IMG/VR virus record: IMGVR_UViG_3300009709_000023 | Coordinates: 18,862-82,861 of that record | DNA from: a virus | Lineage: Duplodnaviria > Caudoviricetes | Strand: one strand, 5' to 3' | Length of the DNA stretch: 64,000 nt | Shown here: in pieces, positions 28,300-38,652 of the stretch | How positions within the stretch are numbered: position 1 is the stretch's first letter | Layout: each line of letters opens with the position of its first letter | Made by a program: the position numbers and the translations under genes | Notes under the pieces: model-generated | The model's database searches: none | Seen by the model: only the letters and a program-made list of their open reading frames with translations | Told to the model about the DNA's origin: nothing

Positions 28300-28638
28300 A
28301 TGTCTCTCATAGATCTCAGCTTCAACAACATTAGCATCGCTAATTATTTTAATGGCGACAACTCTTATGTACCAATCTCTGAATTGATGTATATTCATAC
28401 TCATCCATTGATTCGTCCTAATTTTTTAACGAACATAGAAACACTTATAAATCAGGTTGCAACTAAAATTGCAGCGAAGCCGATTAATGGAGTTCCGGCA
28501 ACCGATTTGGCTAATTACGCAGTAAAGTTAGCTACGGAATTACAAGATCTTACAGAAGAAAATGCCCCAGTCGTGCTGGGGCTGTTGAGAGTTATTTACA
28601 CATATTGTAACAATGTGCTAAAGACTATTGATCAATAA
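28300..28638 (+). CDS. Hypothetical protein (likely start 28300)
   Basis: ORF converging on the tail protein gene. Confidence 0.5.
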   Translation: MSLIDLSFNNISIANYFNGDNSYVPISELMYIHTHPLIRPNFLTNIETLINQVATKIAAKPINGVPATDLANYAVKLATELQDLTEENAPVVLGLLRVIYTYCNNVLKTIDQ

Positions 28639-29819
28639 GTATTTTGACTAAGAAGAACCTTATGCAGATACAAGTTACCTGAATTTGTATCGTTTGATGC
28701 TCCAGCCACGCGCTGTAAAGTTAGTGCTAAGAAACCGGCGTTAACCGACCAGACACCCGCATTAAATCCTGAGAACGCTGTATTTGGAACAACAGCCGCA
28801 CTTGTTTGATAAGTATTGATGGAGTTAGCAGAGACACTAAGATTCATTGTTTCTACTGCGGTACCTGTTAATCCAGCAGTTGTACTTCCACCGACTGCGA
28901 TAAACCCATATGAAGCTTGAATACCGAAGCTGCCTCCAGCCGTATCTGACGAAAATATAAGTTTAAAGGTCAGTGGCGAGTAGGGGTCCAGCTTATTCAA
29001 GTCTACAGGAATCGCAACGGTTTCAGTACCCGACTTCTGAAATTGCAGAGTAGGCAAACCAGCAACAGTTGCAATGGCGGGGCCGCCTGATGCTGGAACA
29101 ACTGGGGTAACTACAACATCTCCCCCACGAAAAACTGGAGCGCCAGAAGCCAGAGCAACAGTTGGATTAGCAACTCCATAGGTAGAAGTAATAACATACA
29201 AGGGTGACTGGCCGGTGGTTGGGCTAGGCGTCGTTTGACTACCGGTCGCCGATGCAGTTCCAGCGACAACTGAAACAATCAATTCCTTATTCATTAACAA
29301 GCAAGGCAAGAAAGTATTAGTTGGATCTACATACGGAAGCGCCGAAGTAGCCATGTTCGTTTGACTAAGGTCATTAATGTGGTATTGAACCAGGTAATTA
29401 ATGGATTGACCTGTTGTCGTTGGTGCTGGAACATTGATGTTAAATGGCGTTAGCAACAACGCTTGCTTGATAATCGGAGTCGATAAACTTGCATTAACAG
29501 GTTCAAGTTCATATACCGAGCCTTGTCCAATTGATACAACTCCAGAGGAAACCTGGCTTACGACCAGGCCGGATGCCATATTTTGTGTTTCTGTTACAGC
29601 TTTAAAAAGCTCTGACCAAGCTTGATTATTAGCGAGAGTATCGAGCAGAACAGCTCGGCGAGAGGAATCTCCGCTACCAGAGCCAATAGCAAGTAAGTTT
29701 GAATCGAGATCCGTAAGAGGACGATTATCTACACTGTAGTAGTAAGGGTCCAATGCGGTATAATATCTAACGGTTGCTAAGGTAGACCCATCTTGGGGAA
29801 CAAAAACTGGCGTTGTCAT
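28632..29819 (-). CDS. Putative tail/baseplate structural protein
   Basis: N-terminal VRYYTALDPYYYSVDNRPL; S/T/G-rich, beta-strand-like composition. Confidence 0.5.
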   Translation of the reverse strand: MTTPVFVPQDGSTLATVRYYTALDPYYYSVDNRPLTDLDSNLLAIGSGSGDSSRRAVLLDTLANNQAWSELFKAVTETQNMASGLVVSQVSSGVVSIGQGSVYELEPVNASLSTPIIKQALLLTPFNINVPAPTTTGQSINYLVQYHINDLSQTNMATSALPYVDPTNTFLPCLLMNKELIVSVVAGTASATGSQTTPSPTTGQSPLYVITSTYGVANPTVALASGAPVFRGGDVVVTPVVPASGGPAIATVAGLPTLQFQKSGTETVAIPVDLNKLDPYSPLTFKLIFSSDTAGGSFGIQASYGFIAVGGSTTAGLTGTAVETMNLSVSANSINTYQTSAAVVPNTAFSGFNAGVWSVNAGFLALTLQRVAGASNDTNSGNLYLHKVLLSQNTY

Positions 29820-29838
29820 CTTTAATTAGTTGTGGTAT

Positions 29839-30358
29839 AATGAAGATACTGATATATTTTAACGATTCAGATCTTACGAGTAACTCTATGTTAGCACTTT
29901 CCAAGCATGGTGTCAATATCCCCTACGGCGGCGACACATTAATTTTTAGATGGAAAAAAATAGATAATCAACGTTGGTGGAGTGAAAATTTTCTGCGTGG
30001 ATTTTCTAGCTTAAGAGAGTATTGGCGTTACGTTGGTGCATCAGAAAGAGATTTAACATACCCCGGCACTCGGTTCCAGGGATACTCTTATATTGAAATG
30101 TTGACTCAATGGGTCAATTACACCTATGGTAAGTTGAACATTGTCATACTCAAAGATATAAATCCACAAGCTAAAGGCATTTCATTCTGGGCACGATTGC
30201 CGAAAGAGAAAGCATCAGAATTTCTCAACGATTTAGTAGTTTTACACTGTAGTGATAAATCTGAAGTGAATAGAATTGTAGATTCTATAGGTTCTGATTT
30301 TGCGGATGCTTATGGCTTTTCTGACGGAAGGCTTATTAACTTTACGGAATATGAATGA
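29839..30358 (+). CDS. Hypothetical protein (approximate start at the second Met; track 29813-30358)
   Basis: TGGTATAAT immediately upstream; stop overlaps the next start. Confidence 0.5.
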
Positions 30359-30609
30359 AAGGTTACATATACTACGATTTTGACAGAAATTTTGTGTACA
30401 AAACAAGACAATATATAGACACAGAAAATCCTGGATTTTGGGATCAAAACAGTTTGTTAATTCAAAGAGTTTGGAGGGTTGATACTGATCAACCGGCCAC
30501 ATTAAAACAATGCTTTGTTCAAGCTCAAGCCTTGGGTGTTACTACATCCCAAGTCAAAGATATGTGCCAAGCTCTGAATTTTGATTTAAGTCTGATCGTG
30601 AAAAAGTAG
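30355..30609 (+). CDS. Hypothetical protein
   Basis: Overlapping stop/start coupling. Confidence 0.55.
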   Translation: MKGYIYYDFDRNFVYKTRQYIDTENPGFWDQNSLLIQRVWRVDTDQPATLKQCFVQAQALGVTTSQVKDMCQALNFDLSLIVKK

Positions 30610-30610
30610 T

Positions 30611-31384
30611 ATGGACTTAGAATTCCAAAAAACGTTACCGAAAATTGCTGGCGTTTATCTTATTACAAATACAATCAACCAGAAAGTATACGTTGGAAGC
30701 ACGATAGATTTACACAGTAGATATCGTACACATTTTTACATGCTCTTTACACAGAGGCACAGTAATGAGTACCTTCAACGATCTTACAATTTGCATGGAT
30801 TCAATGCTTTTAAATTTGAAATACTGGAATTAGTAGAAGACATAAACACCCTATTGAGTAGAGAGCAGTTTTATCTGGATTCGTATGAAGAGGATACTAA
30901 GTACAATATGCTTAAAACAGCGGGATCTACCCTAGGTGCAGTATTCACAGAAGAACACAAATTGAAACTAGCTTTAAGCAATAAAACTAAGTACCCGGAA
31001 TTACCGATGAATGTGCTGTATGACAAAACGTCTGATGTGTATTTAGCTAGAGCTAGGCATTTAGGTAAACGGATTACTTTGGGTAAATTTAAAACTGTAA
31101 AAGAATGTTTGGAAGCTATTGAAGAATTCAAAAAAGACCCGGAAATTTTTTTGTCAGAATTAGAAATTAGAAAACTTAAACGAAAACTCCTCATAGATAC
31201 AAAACCTCTGGGTGTTTTTTACAATAAATCCTTAGGCTTGTATGTAGCAAGAATTGAAAAAGTTATTGATGGTAAAAAAGAAATTCTTCTTAATAAGTAT
31301 TCTAAAAATAAAGACGAACTTATAGAAGCTAGAACGAAATTTGTAGAAAATTGGAATAAAGAACATGATCCTGAGCTTCGATAG
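30611..31384 (+). CDS. GIY-YIG homing endonuclease
   Basis: GVYLITNTINQKVYVGST...RYRTH...LLSREQFYLD...YNM. Confidence 0.85.
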   Translation: MDLEFQKTLPKIAGVYLITNTINQKVYVGSTIDLHSRYRTHFYMLFTQRHSNEYLQRSYNLHGFNAFKFEILELVEDINTLLSREQFYLDSYEEDTKYNMLKTAGSTLGAVFTEEHKLKLALSNKTKYPELPMNVLYDKTSDVYLARARHLGKRITLGKFKTVKECLEAIEEFKKDPEIFLSELEIRKLKRKLLIDTKPLGVFYNKSLGLYVARIEKVIDGKKEILLNKYSKNKDELIEARTKFVENWNKEHDPELR

Positions 31385-33137
31385 AGATAAAACTTCCGTC
31401 TTATTTATGCACGAAGATGGTAAAGAATATAGATTCTTACATGATTTTCCGGCGCTTCTAAAAGGCGCTTTATATTACTATGCTCCGCTAAAACCTGGAG
31501 TAGTTCATAATATCCTAGGTCGTATTCGTCTTCATTATAAAGGCAAAATCAAAATTAATGAAGATGTTCATGCCTGGATGAATACTCCTAATAAACTTCT
31601 AACTATTCCGGAAGACTTCAAATATCACACTCAACCTCACCCCGCACAAGAAGTCGCACTTCGTTTCATGTATACGTTTGGGAGCGGGGGTTTGTTACTC
31701 GATCCGGGCATGGGAAAGAGCAAGACCGTCCTTGATTATGTATGGCTTAAGCAATTCAAAAAAACAGTAGTTATATGCCCTTTACCTCTTTGTTTTGTCT
31801 GGGAAGATGAAATTGAAAAACATAGACCAGAGCTGAGTTATTATGTAGTTAAAACCACAGATTGGGAAAAAGAACAACCTAATATGGAGGTTGATATACT
31901 AATTATTAACTACAATAAAGCCGTTTTATTTGAAAAGCAACTCAAGAAATTTGGATTTGATTTTGTGTATTTAGATGAAGCATTAATTAAAGATCCTACT
32001 TCATTACGTACACAATCACTAACGAATATTGCTAAAGATATTCCTTATAAGTCACTTGGGAGCGGGACATTAATCAATAATAGTATTATGGATACGTTTT
32101 GTCCTAGCCGATTTATTGAACCTGCTCTGGTTGGGTATTCATATAAGAACTTCTTAGATCACCACGCAGTCAGATATAACAATAAAGCATCTGATGCAAT
32201 TCCCCGTATTGTAGGTTTTAAATACGCAAATGAAGCCAGATCTATTCTTCAAACATGTTGTATTGTAATGACTAAAGAAGAATGGCTTAAAGATTTACCG
32301 GGGAAAGAGTTCGAAGATATTTATGTACAACCATCAGATTTCCAACGCAAGTTATACAAAGACTTGTCATCAAATTATATTGCTCAAGTTGAAGATAAAT
32401 GGATAGAAGTGGATAACCCTTTAGTCATGATGGCTAAACTGTATCAGATTTCTCAAGGGTTTATACATAACAACCACGACGAAACTGACATGGATGACCT
32501 TTTGGGTGTAGCAAAACTACTCAAAACTAAAAAGAAAAAAACCCGTAGCACAATTAGGTTTGAAGATCAACCTAAACTTGACGCGTTGGAAAAAATCATT
32601 ACAACAAAAATAAAAGGAAAACGCGCTATTATTTGGTTCAATTTGACGGAAGAATATCAACTTATCAAAGAACGCCTTGAACAAATGGGAATAAAGTTTC
32701 TTGTAATTCGAGGTGGTGAAAAAGATACAGGTGGTAAAGTCAGGTTGTTTAATAAAGATAACTCCTATCAATTTCTTTTAGCTCAAGCAAAATCAGTGAA
32801 TTATGGCATCACTGTGCTAGGCCATTCCAAAGAATCTGACGTCGAAGATGAAGATGACGATTTGGCTGGTATGTACGCGCCGGCCCTTGATTCGGAAGTC
32901 TTTACCGAGATTTTCTATAGCGTTTCTTTTAGTTCTGAGGTATACTCTCAACAACAGGATCGTATTCATAGATTTGGCCAAAAACATACATGTAAGTACT
33001 ATCGTATTTTTTGTAATACTCCTATTGAACACAAGATACGCGTAGCATTAGAAGATAAGTTGATTCTACGTAAAGAAATGCTAGTAGATATTGCTCAATC
33101 ATTGAAAGACGAAGTCGAAGTAGAAGGTGTTGAGTGA
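31365..33137 (+). CDS. SNF2-family helicase-like ATPase
   Basis: DPGMGKSK, LDEAL, SGTLINN, QQQDRIHRFGQ. Confidence 0.8.
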   Translation: MILSFDRDKTSVLFMHEDGKEYRFLHDFPALLKGALYYYAPLKPGVVHNILGRIRLHYKGKIKINEDVHAWMNTPNKLLTIPEDFKYHTQPHPAQEVALRFMYTFGSGGLLLDPGMGKSKTVLDYVWLKQFKKTVVICPLPLCFVWEDEIEKHRPELSYYVVKTTDWEKEQPNMEVDILIINYNKAVLFEKQLKKFGFDFVYLDEALIKDPTSLRTQSLTNIAKDIPYKSLGSGTLINNSIMDTFCPSRFIEPALVGYSYKNFLDHHAVRYNNKASDAIPRIVGFKYANEARSILQTCCIVMTKEEWLKDLPGKEFEDIYVQPSDFQRKLYKDLSSNYIAQVEDKWIEVDNPLVMMAKLYQISQGFIHNNHDETDMDDLLGVAKLLKTKKKKTRSTIRFEDQPKLDALEKIITTKIKGKRAIIWFNLTEEYQLIKERLEQMGIKFLVIRGGEKDTGGKVRLFNKDNSYQFLLAQAKSVNYGITVLGHSKESDVEDEDDDLAGMYAPALDSEVFTEIFYSVSFSSEVYSQQQDRIHRFGQKHTCKYYRIFCNTPIEHKIRVALEDKLILRKEMLVDIAQSLKDEVEVEGVE

Positions 33138-33243
33138 CCAAACTGCGGTTCATTTGGTATAAGTATAGTGTAAGAGAAATTAGATTCGTTTAACAACGCC
33201 TCAGACCTAGCCATTCTGAGGCTTTTTAAGGAGGTGTCCTACT

Positions 33244-33987
33244 ATGGACGCAGAACGGCAAAAGAAATTCCAGCCCTTTATCGATGCAGCGGGGGTGACA
33301 GTAGGTGAGCTGAAACTGGCCGGCGATCAAGAGAAAATCCTGATCGACAGTCTGATTCTGGCCGTCGTCGGCTTCGACACGAAGTACACCGAAGCAACCG
33401 AAGCAGAGGCGAGCGCATTCATTGAAAGGATTCTGAACAATTTGCTGGCGACTCACAAACGCAAGCAAGCCCAGCTTTCCGACAAGCACTCGGCCCCGTC
33501 CCGTGCCATTCGCAAAAACCAGATCGATGCGATCTCGGCGGAACACGGCATCAAATTCTCCTACCTCCGGGAAGAATTCCGTTTCGTATGGCCGTCGGTG
33601 CCGGTCGACGAATCCGAAGCGGATGTGCCGGGGCAGCTTCCGGACCCGGAAAAGACCGAAATCGAGTACGGCAACAAGATCGGCGTGATCGCGTTCAAGT
33701 ATCACCTGAGCCACAAAGGCCAGATCAATGTCGAACTGGCCATGTCTTTCTGTAGCCCGAAGGATACGTTCGACAACCTCGACGGCAAGGAAGAAGCACT
33801 GAAGCATTTCATGGAAGGCAAGACGCTGATGTTGGAAGCCTCTCATGGTGCTCTGTTCGGCAGTCTGTTGGGTAAGCCTTACCCGATTGCTGTCGAATAC
33901 GCAGAAAACGTGCTGAGGGCAAACGGTGTTGTTCGTCGTCTGGAAGAAAATCACTTTCTGACTTCGGTCATGATCGGTCGTCACTAA
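33244..33987 (+). CDS. Hypothetical protein with GC-rich codon usage
   Basis: GGAGG RBS, TGGTATAAGT upstream, hairpin downstream (34001-34023). Confidence 0.7.
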   Translation: MDAERQKKFQPFIDAAGVTVGELKLAGDQEKILIDSLILAVVGFDTKYTEATEAEASAFIERILNNLLATHKRKQAQLSDKHSAPSRAIRKNQIDAISAEHGIKFSYLREEFRFVWPSVPVDESEADVPGQLPDPEKTEIEYGNKIGVIAFKYHLSHKGQINVELAMSFCSPKDTFDNLDGKEEALKHFMEGKTLMLEASHGALFGSLLGKPYPIAVEYAENVLRANGVVRRLEENHFLTSVMIGRH

Positions 33988-34093
33988 TTAATCGTGTTGG
34001 CCCCGCTCGGAGGTCGAGCGGGATTTAACGGGGGATGTAGTCCTTTGTCCGAGACGGAAATAAATAGTCTCAACTCAATAACTAGGAGCAGAA

Positions 34094-34627
34094 ATGGAAA
34101 CCATTAACATTGTTAAGTTCGTGTCGATCAACGATGCTCTAACCACAAACCCGGATGGCTCATTCAGCGATGCTAAGGACAAAACCTTAGTCGTTGATAC
34201 GAGAAAACCTTCTGAGCGTTTCCCCCAGGGTATTTCTCTACTTGGTGACTTTTACTCGCCGGAAATCCTCGATCATATCGATGAAGATCGGTTTTGGACA
34301 GGACTGCCGAATCTCGGCCCTGACCAAGATTTTCGAATCGAACGTATCAAAGAGTTGTTTCCGGTGACCGGTTACTGCCCTGACCCCCGTGTGAATCGGC
34401 GGAAGTTATACACCAAGATTCTCTGGCTTCGGACGGAAAGTACCATTGGTTGGGAATTCGACAAAAAGAAAAGTCGATTCTCCGAAGCCCACGTCCCGGT
34501 TTCTCTCGTGCTTCATAACAGCCGTCTCAATCATGCTCTTGACCTACTCCAAGCAAGATCCGGAGAACCGGCTCATGTACGACTTATTACAACGACCAAT
34601 CAGCCCATCAAAACTTTCGGTCGTTAA
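34094..34627 (+). CDS. Hypothetical protein
   Basis: AGGAG RBS; followed by a terminator. Confidence 0.6.
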   Translation: METINIVKFVSINDALTTNPDGSFSDAKDKTLVVDTRKPSERFPQGISLLGDFYSPEILDHIDEDRFWTGLPNLGPDQDFRIERIKELFPVTGYCPDPRVNRRKLYTKILWLRTESTIGWEFDKKKSRFSEAHVPVSLVLHNSRLNHALDLLQARSGEPAHVRLITTTNQPIKTFGR

Positions 34628-34669
34628 TCTCTGCTCTCTCGATGATCTCGCCCATCATCGAGTTTTCAG

Positions 34670-34700
34670 GGGCTGAGAAGTCTTCAGCCCTCTTTTTTTC
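34670..34700 (+). terminator. Intrinsic terminator
   Basis: GGGCTGA / TCAGCCC stem followed by a T-run. Confidence 0.65.
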
Positions 34701-34754
34701 GCTGTCTAAGTTAAGATTAAAATTTGGCCCTTTACATATGGAGGCATATACGTT

Positions 34755-35312
34755 TTGCTATTTACTAAACCAATGCGACGATGGGGAGTATCCACGCTCT
34801 TAGCAGTTGCACTTCTTCAAAACCCTTCACCCTCTCTTTCTCAAACAACTTCTTATTCAGACACCACCGACTCTAGAGCAGTCAGTGCCGTTGTTCTGAA
34901 CTACGACCAAGACCCCGCTTTCGTACAGCGTCTGGTTAGCATTGCGGAAAAATACGCCTATAGCGATTTTCCTAAGAAGGAGGACATTCTTGCAATTATT
35001 GCAGTTGAGTCCAGGTTCAAACCTGATGCTAAAACTCAAACTTCCAAAGGATTGATGCAAATCAATCTGGACGCAAATCGCAAGAGAATCCAAGGGAGCT
35101 TGTTCAATCCGGATGAGAATATACGGGTTGGCGTTGAAATTCTAAGGGGTTATTATGAACTACTCGGCAGCAATCGTAGCGCCGCTATCATGGCCTACAA
35201 TATCGGTCCTGGCTCATACCTCAAAGGTCGCAGGTCTCGCGTCTATCTTTCCAAAGTTGAAAAGAACGCGAAGTTGATTTACCCAGTAAGGCAGGAAAGC
35301 TCGGTGGAGTAA
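34755..35312 (+). CDS. SLT-family lytic transglycosylase with N-terminal signal/anchor
   Basis: AIIAVESRF, KGLMQI, AIMAYNIGP; hydrophobic N-terminus. Confidence 0.85.
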   Translation: MLFTKPMRRWGVSTLLAVALLQNPSPSLSQTTSYSDTTDSRAVSAVVLNYDQDPAFVQRLVSIAEKYAYSDFPKKEDILAIIAVESRFKPDAKTQTSKGLMQINLDANRKRIQGSLFNPDENIRVGVEILRGYYELLGSNRSAAIMAYNIGPGSYLKGRRSRVYLSKVEKNAKLIYPVRQESSVE

Positions 35313-35386
35313 GACCTCTTTTGTGGTATAAGTTAGATAGAAGAGAGTAAACTAGTATTTTCAACTAACTTATAAGGGTTTCTACC

Positions 35387-35756
35387 ATGTCGGCCAAGGC
35401 TGCTTCACTCCTCTATTTTGGTTCTGTTCTGCTTGCCGTAGCCTTGGCTATTTCGTGTTGCATCCTGGTCGGAGGAAACCAGCCGTTACCATGAGGTGAA
35501 TTATGTTAACGATGATGGCTATCGTGGGGTCATTGTGTGGAGGATTTGTTCTCTTCCTCATAATCCTAGCGTCTATTTTGGCGTCAATCGTGGAAACGCT
35601 AAGGGACGCAAAAGATGTTCTGTTGGATCGAGAATGGTGGAACCAATGGTTACCTTCATTCTGATTCTATTCTTAATACCTTTTGTAATCGTCGCTATTA
35701 TTCTAGGGCTTATCCGTTTACTATTCGGATGGGTTTTGCCTAAGAAGAAACGCTGA
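35387..35756 (+). CDS. Three tiny membrane peptides (35387-35494, 35503-35664, 35646-35756)
   Basis: Hand-translated hydrophobic ORFs of 35, 53 and 36 aa behind TGGTATAAGT at 35324. Confidence 0.5.
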
Positions 35757-35784
35757 CGGGCACTCGGGACTAGTTCCCGAGTTT

Positions 35785-36132
35785 TTAGCTAGTTAACCAG
35801 GAAATGAGCTGGGGATTATCTTTGAACACTGCCAGAAGCCCGGCAGCTAAAGCGAAGACTTGTTTTTCTTTCATACCTAAGCTAAGAGATTCATCGACTG
35901 CATGAATAGTCTCATGTAGCATTGTGTCCTGGACTTGTTCTTTGGCTTCGAGCAGACGAACCCAAATCTGTTGTTTATCAAGCTTCATCCAACCATTTAC
36001 TTCTTCATCTTGACCAGGTGCCAAGACCATTACACTGAAGGATTTGCCTAAAATTTTAAGTTTATCTGGCATGTCCATTATCCAACTTAAATCGGGTTGA
36101 GGAATTTCCTGTTTTTCGGATCCTGAATCCAT
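35785..36132 (-). CDS. Small HExxH metallopeptidase-like protein
   Basis: DTMLHETIHA motif. Confidence 0.65.
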   Translation of the reverse strand: MDSGSEKQEIPQPDLSWIMDMPDKLKILGKSFSVMVLAPGQDEEVNGWMKLDKQQIWVRLLEAKEQVQDTMLHETIHAVDESLSLGMKEKQVFALAAGLLAVFKDNPQLISWLTS

Positions 36133-36240
36133 TTTGGCACCTATGTTTGACCTTATAATTTTAGTCTTAGTAGTCCTAGCAGTTGCGCCCAGTATGTGCC
36201 ATATGGTATAATCATTACCTAAATTTTATGAGATAAAGTC

Positions 36241-36804
36241 ATGCTCCCCGAAGATCTTGCTGAACCTTACATTGATGACGACCAAATTCTTGAAATGGAA
36301 TCCTATATGGATGATTTGGTTTCTCATATGCTTTCGGAGACAGAGGATGGCCAGGAACCGGTTACGTTCTATCGATCCAGAATGGTCGATGCTATTATGT
36401 CTGTAGGCGAATTACTGGATTTGATCCCCCAATTGACAGGGAAAGAATCCAAAGCGGAAGCTAAAAGAATGTCCAAAATTCTACTTTCGATGTGCGATCT
36501 TCTAGATTTCACTTTATTGATGGCTCATGCATTCGAGACAGGTGTTCCAGATGCAGAAATTCTCGAAGCAGAGACTAATAGTGGCATTATTGAAATTCAA
36601 ACTAACGCTACAATTTGTGCCATGTCGTTACTCGATGCAGTTAACGCACTTGGTTTCAATTTCTTCGTAGAAAGAAACTCTGAAAATATAGATGGAGAAA
36701 TTGTTTCTTCAGAGATTCTTGGTATGTTGGCGGGTTTGTGTAAACTCTGCGAACATTTACAAGTAGATCTCTACGATGTAATGTATTCCCGGATTACTAA
36801 ATGA
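36241..36804 (+). CDS. Acidic hypothetical protein
   Basis: TGGTATAAT upstream; coupled to the helicase gene. Confidence 0.6.
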   Translation: MLPEDLAEPYIDDDQILEMESYMDDLVSHMLSETEDGQEPVTFYRSRMVDAIMSVGELLDLIPQLTGKESKAEAKRMSKILLSMCDLLDFTLLMAHAFETGVPDAEILEAETNSGIIEIQTNATICAMSLLDAVNALGFNFFVERNSENIDGEIVSSEILGMLAGLCKLCEHLQVDLYDVMYSRITK

Positions 36805-38423
36805 TTGAAAATCCACTACAATTTTTCCCTCTCGAAAAAGCTCGAGGGTTACAAGCTACCGTTATAGATGAAATAGACAAAGTATTTAAAAGTGGAAAGA
36901 ATATTGTAATCTTAGAGGCTCCCGTAGGGTCTGGCAAATCAGCAGTTGCCCTTACCCTTGGGAGGGCGGCTAAAGATTGTCATATTTTGACGCCGCGTAA
37001 GTCTTTACAAGACCAATATTTCGATGATTTCAAAGAACATATTGTTCTGATGAAAGGCCGTAATTCGTATCCATGTACATTTGATTCAACACCAAATGAA
37101 TACAGAAAAGTCATTAATAAGATCAAGGGCGGACAAATAACTGCCCCTCTAATTAGTGAAGAAACATGCGCCACTGGACCTTGTCGAGACTCCAAACCAA
37201 TGTTTGATAAGTGTGTCGGTCTTAATGGTCCTTGTCCTTACAAAGTAGCAATGGAGGTTGCACAAAATAATGACATTGTTGTACACAACTTACACTCGTT
37301 CATTTTCCAGACTAACTTCACAGAAGCGTTCGTCCCTAGGGAATTGCTTATTGTTGATGAAGCCCATGAAATTGAGGGGATTATGCGAGACTTCATCTCG
37401 AAGCGCTTTACGTCGCATAAACCTGTGTGGACTAGCAGGGTACCGGAAAGCTCAGACCCTGAGGACTGGAGGGAGATCTTATTTTCAGATGATTTCGTAC
37501 CTATCGAAACCGCCTCAGACAGGGCTAAAAAACAGCAAGATCCTGACTTTACATCGGAACGCGATAACTACCTTCTTAAGGTAAAAGTGTTTCTGGATCA
37601 GTTGGAATCAACAGGCCATAAGTATACAGTTAAATTCCACGAGAATAATCATGGTAAAACTGGAGCGCACATCAATTCTACTGTCGAATTCGTTCCTCAT
37701 AAAATTGGTAATTCTGCTCAAAATTCGTTGTTTAAGTATGGTAGTAAAGTTCTGTTGATGTCGGCTACAATTTACGATAAAGATGTATTTTGTCGTAATA
37801 TTGGGCTCAATCCAGAAGATGCCTATTTTATTAAAGCCCCTTCAGCTTTTCCGTTGAAAAATAGGCCGGTCTATTTGAAGTCCGAGTATCAAGTCGATAC
37901 TTCATTTCAAAATTGGGATAGTAATTTTGACGAAATGATTGGTATTGTACAGAAGGTAATGGGCACATTCCACGATACTAAAGGATTAATACACGCGCCT
38001 TCTTACACAGCAGCAGAACAAATTGCAAATGCACTTAACGATCCTAGAGTCGTCATTCACCGCCCTGAGACTTTCCAGACAAAACTGATTGAGTTCTATG
38101 GGTCGAAAGAACCCAAAGTGTTTATCTCCCCTGTCTGTCAACAAGGCGTTGACTTTAAAGGGGATAGGGCGAGATTTCAAATTGTATTGCGAGTCCCATA
38201 CCCAAGTACCCAAGACAAATTTGTATCTGAAAAAGTTGAAACAGACTTTCCGTGGTACAACTATCAGGCTTTAATTACATTCGGCCAACAGTTGGGGCGT
38301 ATTAATCGTTCTGAAACTGATTTCGGTGTAACGTTTCTACTTGACTCTAGATTTAATAAGTTTGTTTCTCGTAACAACAGCAAGTTGCCAAAATGGCAAC
38401 GTGATGCTTTCATTTGGAAATAA
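36801..38423 (+). CDS. DinG/XPD-family SF2 helicase with Fe-S cysteines
   Basis: APVGSGKS, KGRNSYPC...C...C...CPY, DEAH, MSAT, GVDFKGD...RVPYP, QQLGRINR. Confidence 0.88.
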   Translation: MIENPLQFFPLEKARGLQATVIDEIDKVFKSGKNIVILEAPVGSGKSAVALTLGRAAKDCHILTPRKSLQDQYFDDFKEHIVLMKGRNSYPCTFDSTPNEYRKVINKIKGGQITAPLISEETCATGPCRDSKPMFDKCVGLNGPCPYKVAMEVAQNNDIVVHNLHSFIFQTNFTEAFVPRELLIVDEAHEIEGIMRDFISKRFTSHKPVWTSRVPESSDPEDWREILFSDDFVPIETASDRAKKQQDPDFTSERDNYLLKVKVFLDQLESTGHKYTVKFHENNHGKTGAHINSTVEFVPHKIGNSAQNSLFKYGSKVLLMSATIYDKDVFCRNIGLNPEDAYFIKAPSAFPLKNRPVYLKSEYQVDTSFQNWDSNFDEMIGIVQKVMGTFHDTKGLIHAPSYTAAEQIANALNDPRVVIHRPETFQTKLIEFYGSKEPKVFISPVCQQGVDFKGDRARFQIVLRVPYPSTQDKFVSEKVETDFPWYNYQALITFGQQLGRINRSETDFGVTFLLDSRFNKFVSRNNSKLPKWQRDAFIWK

Positions 38424-38424
38424 T

Positions 38425-38652
38425 ATGGCATTCTTTCGTCAAGCAGAAGCCGGTGATACTGGTGCGACAAAACCCAAAGTAGATAGCTTCATTATGTCGG
38501 ATGGAGTTTTCTGTATTAATGACTCAAATTTGGTAAAAGTAATAGGTAACGAGAAAATTATTCCCGAACATGAAAATGAATTCAGAGACCATATTTCTGA
38601 GTTTGTAGACCATGCCGCCGCACAATTTTTTACTCAAAACCCAGATCTATGA
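38425..38652 (+). CDS. Hypothetical protein (likely start 38425)
   Basis: Starts 2 nt after the helicase stop. Confidence 0.5.
   Translation: MAFFRQAEAGDTGATKPKVDSFIMSDGVFCINDSNLVKVIGNEKIIPEHENEFRDHISEFVDHAAAQFFTQNPDL

Noticed and set aside
33988-34093. tRNA-like sequence (GGGGGATGTAG...)
   Set aside because: No T-arm GTTCGA or CCA end; better explained as a terminator hairpin plus spacer.
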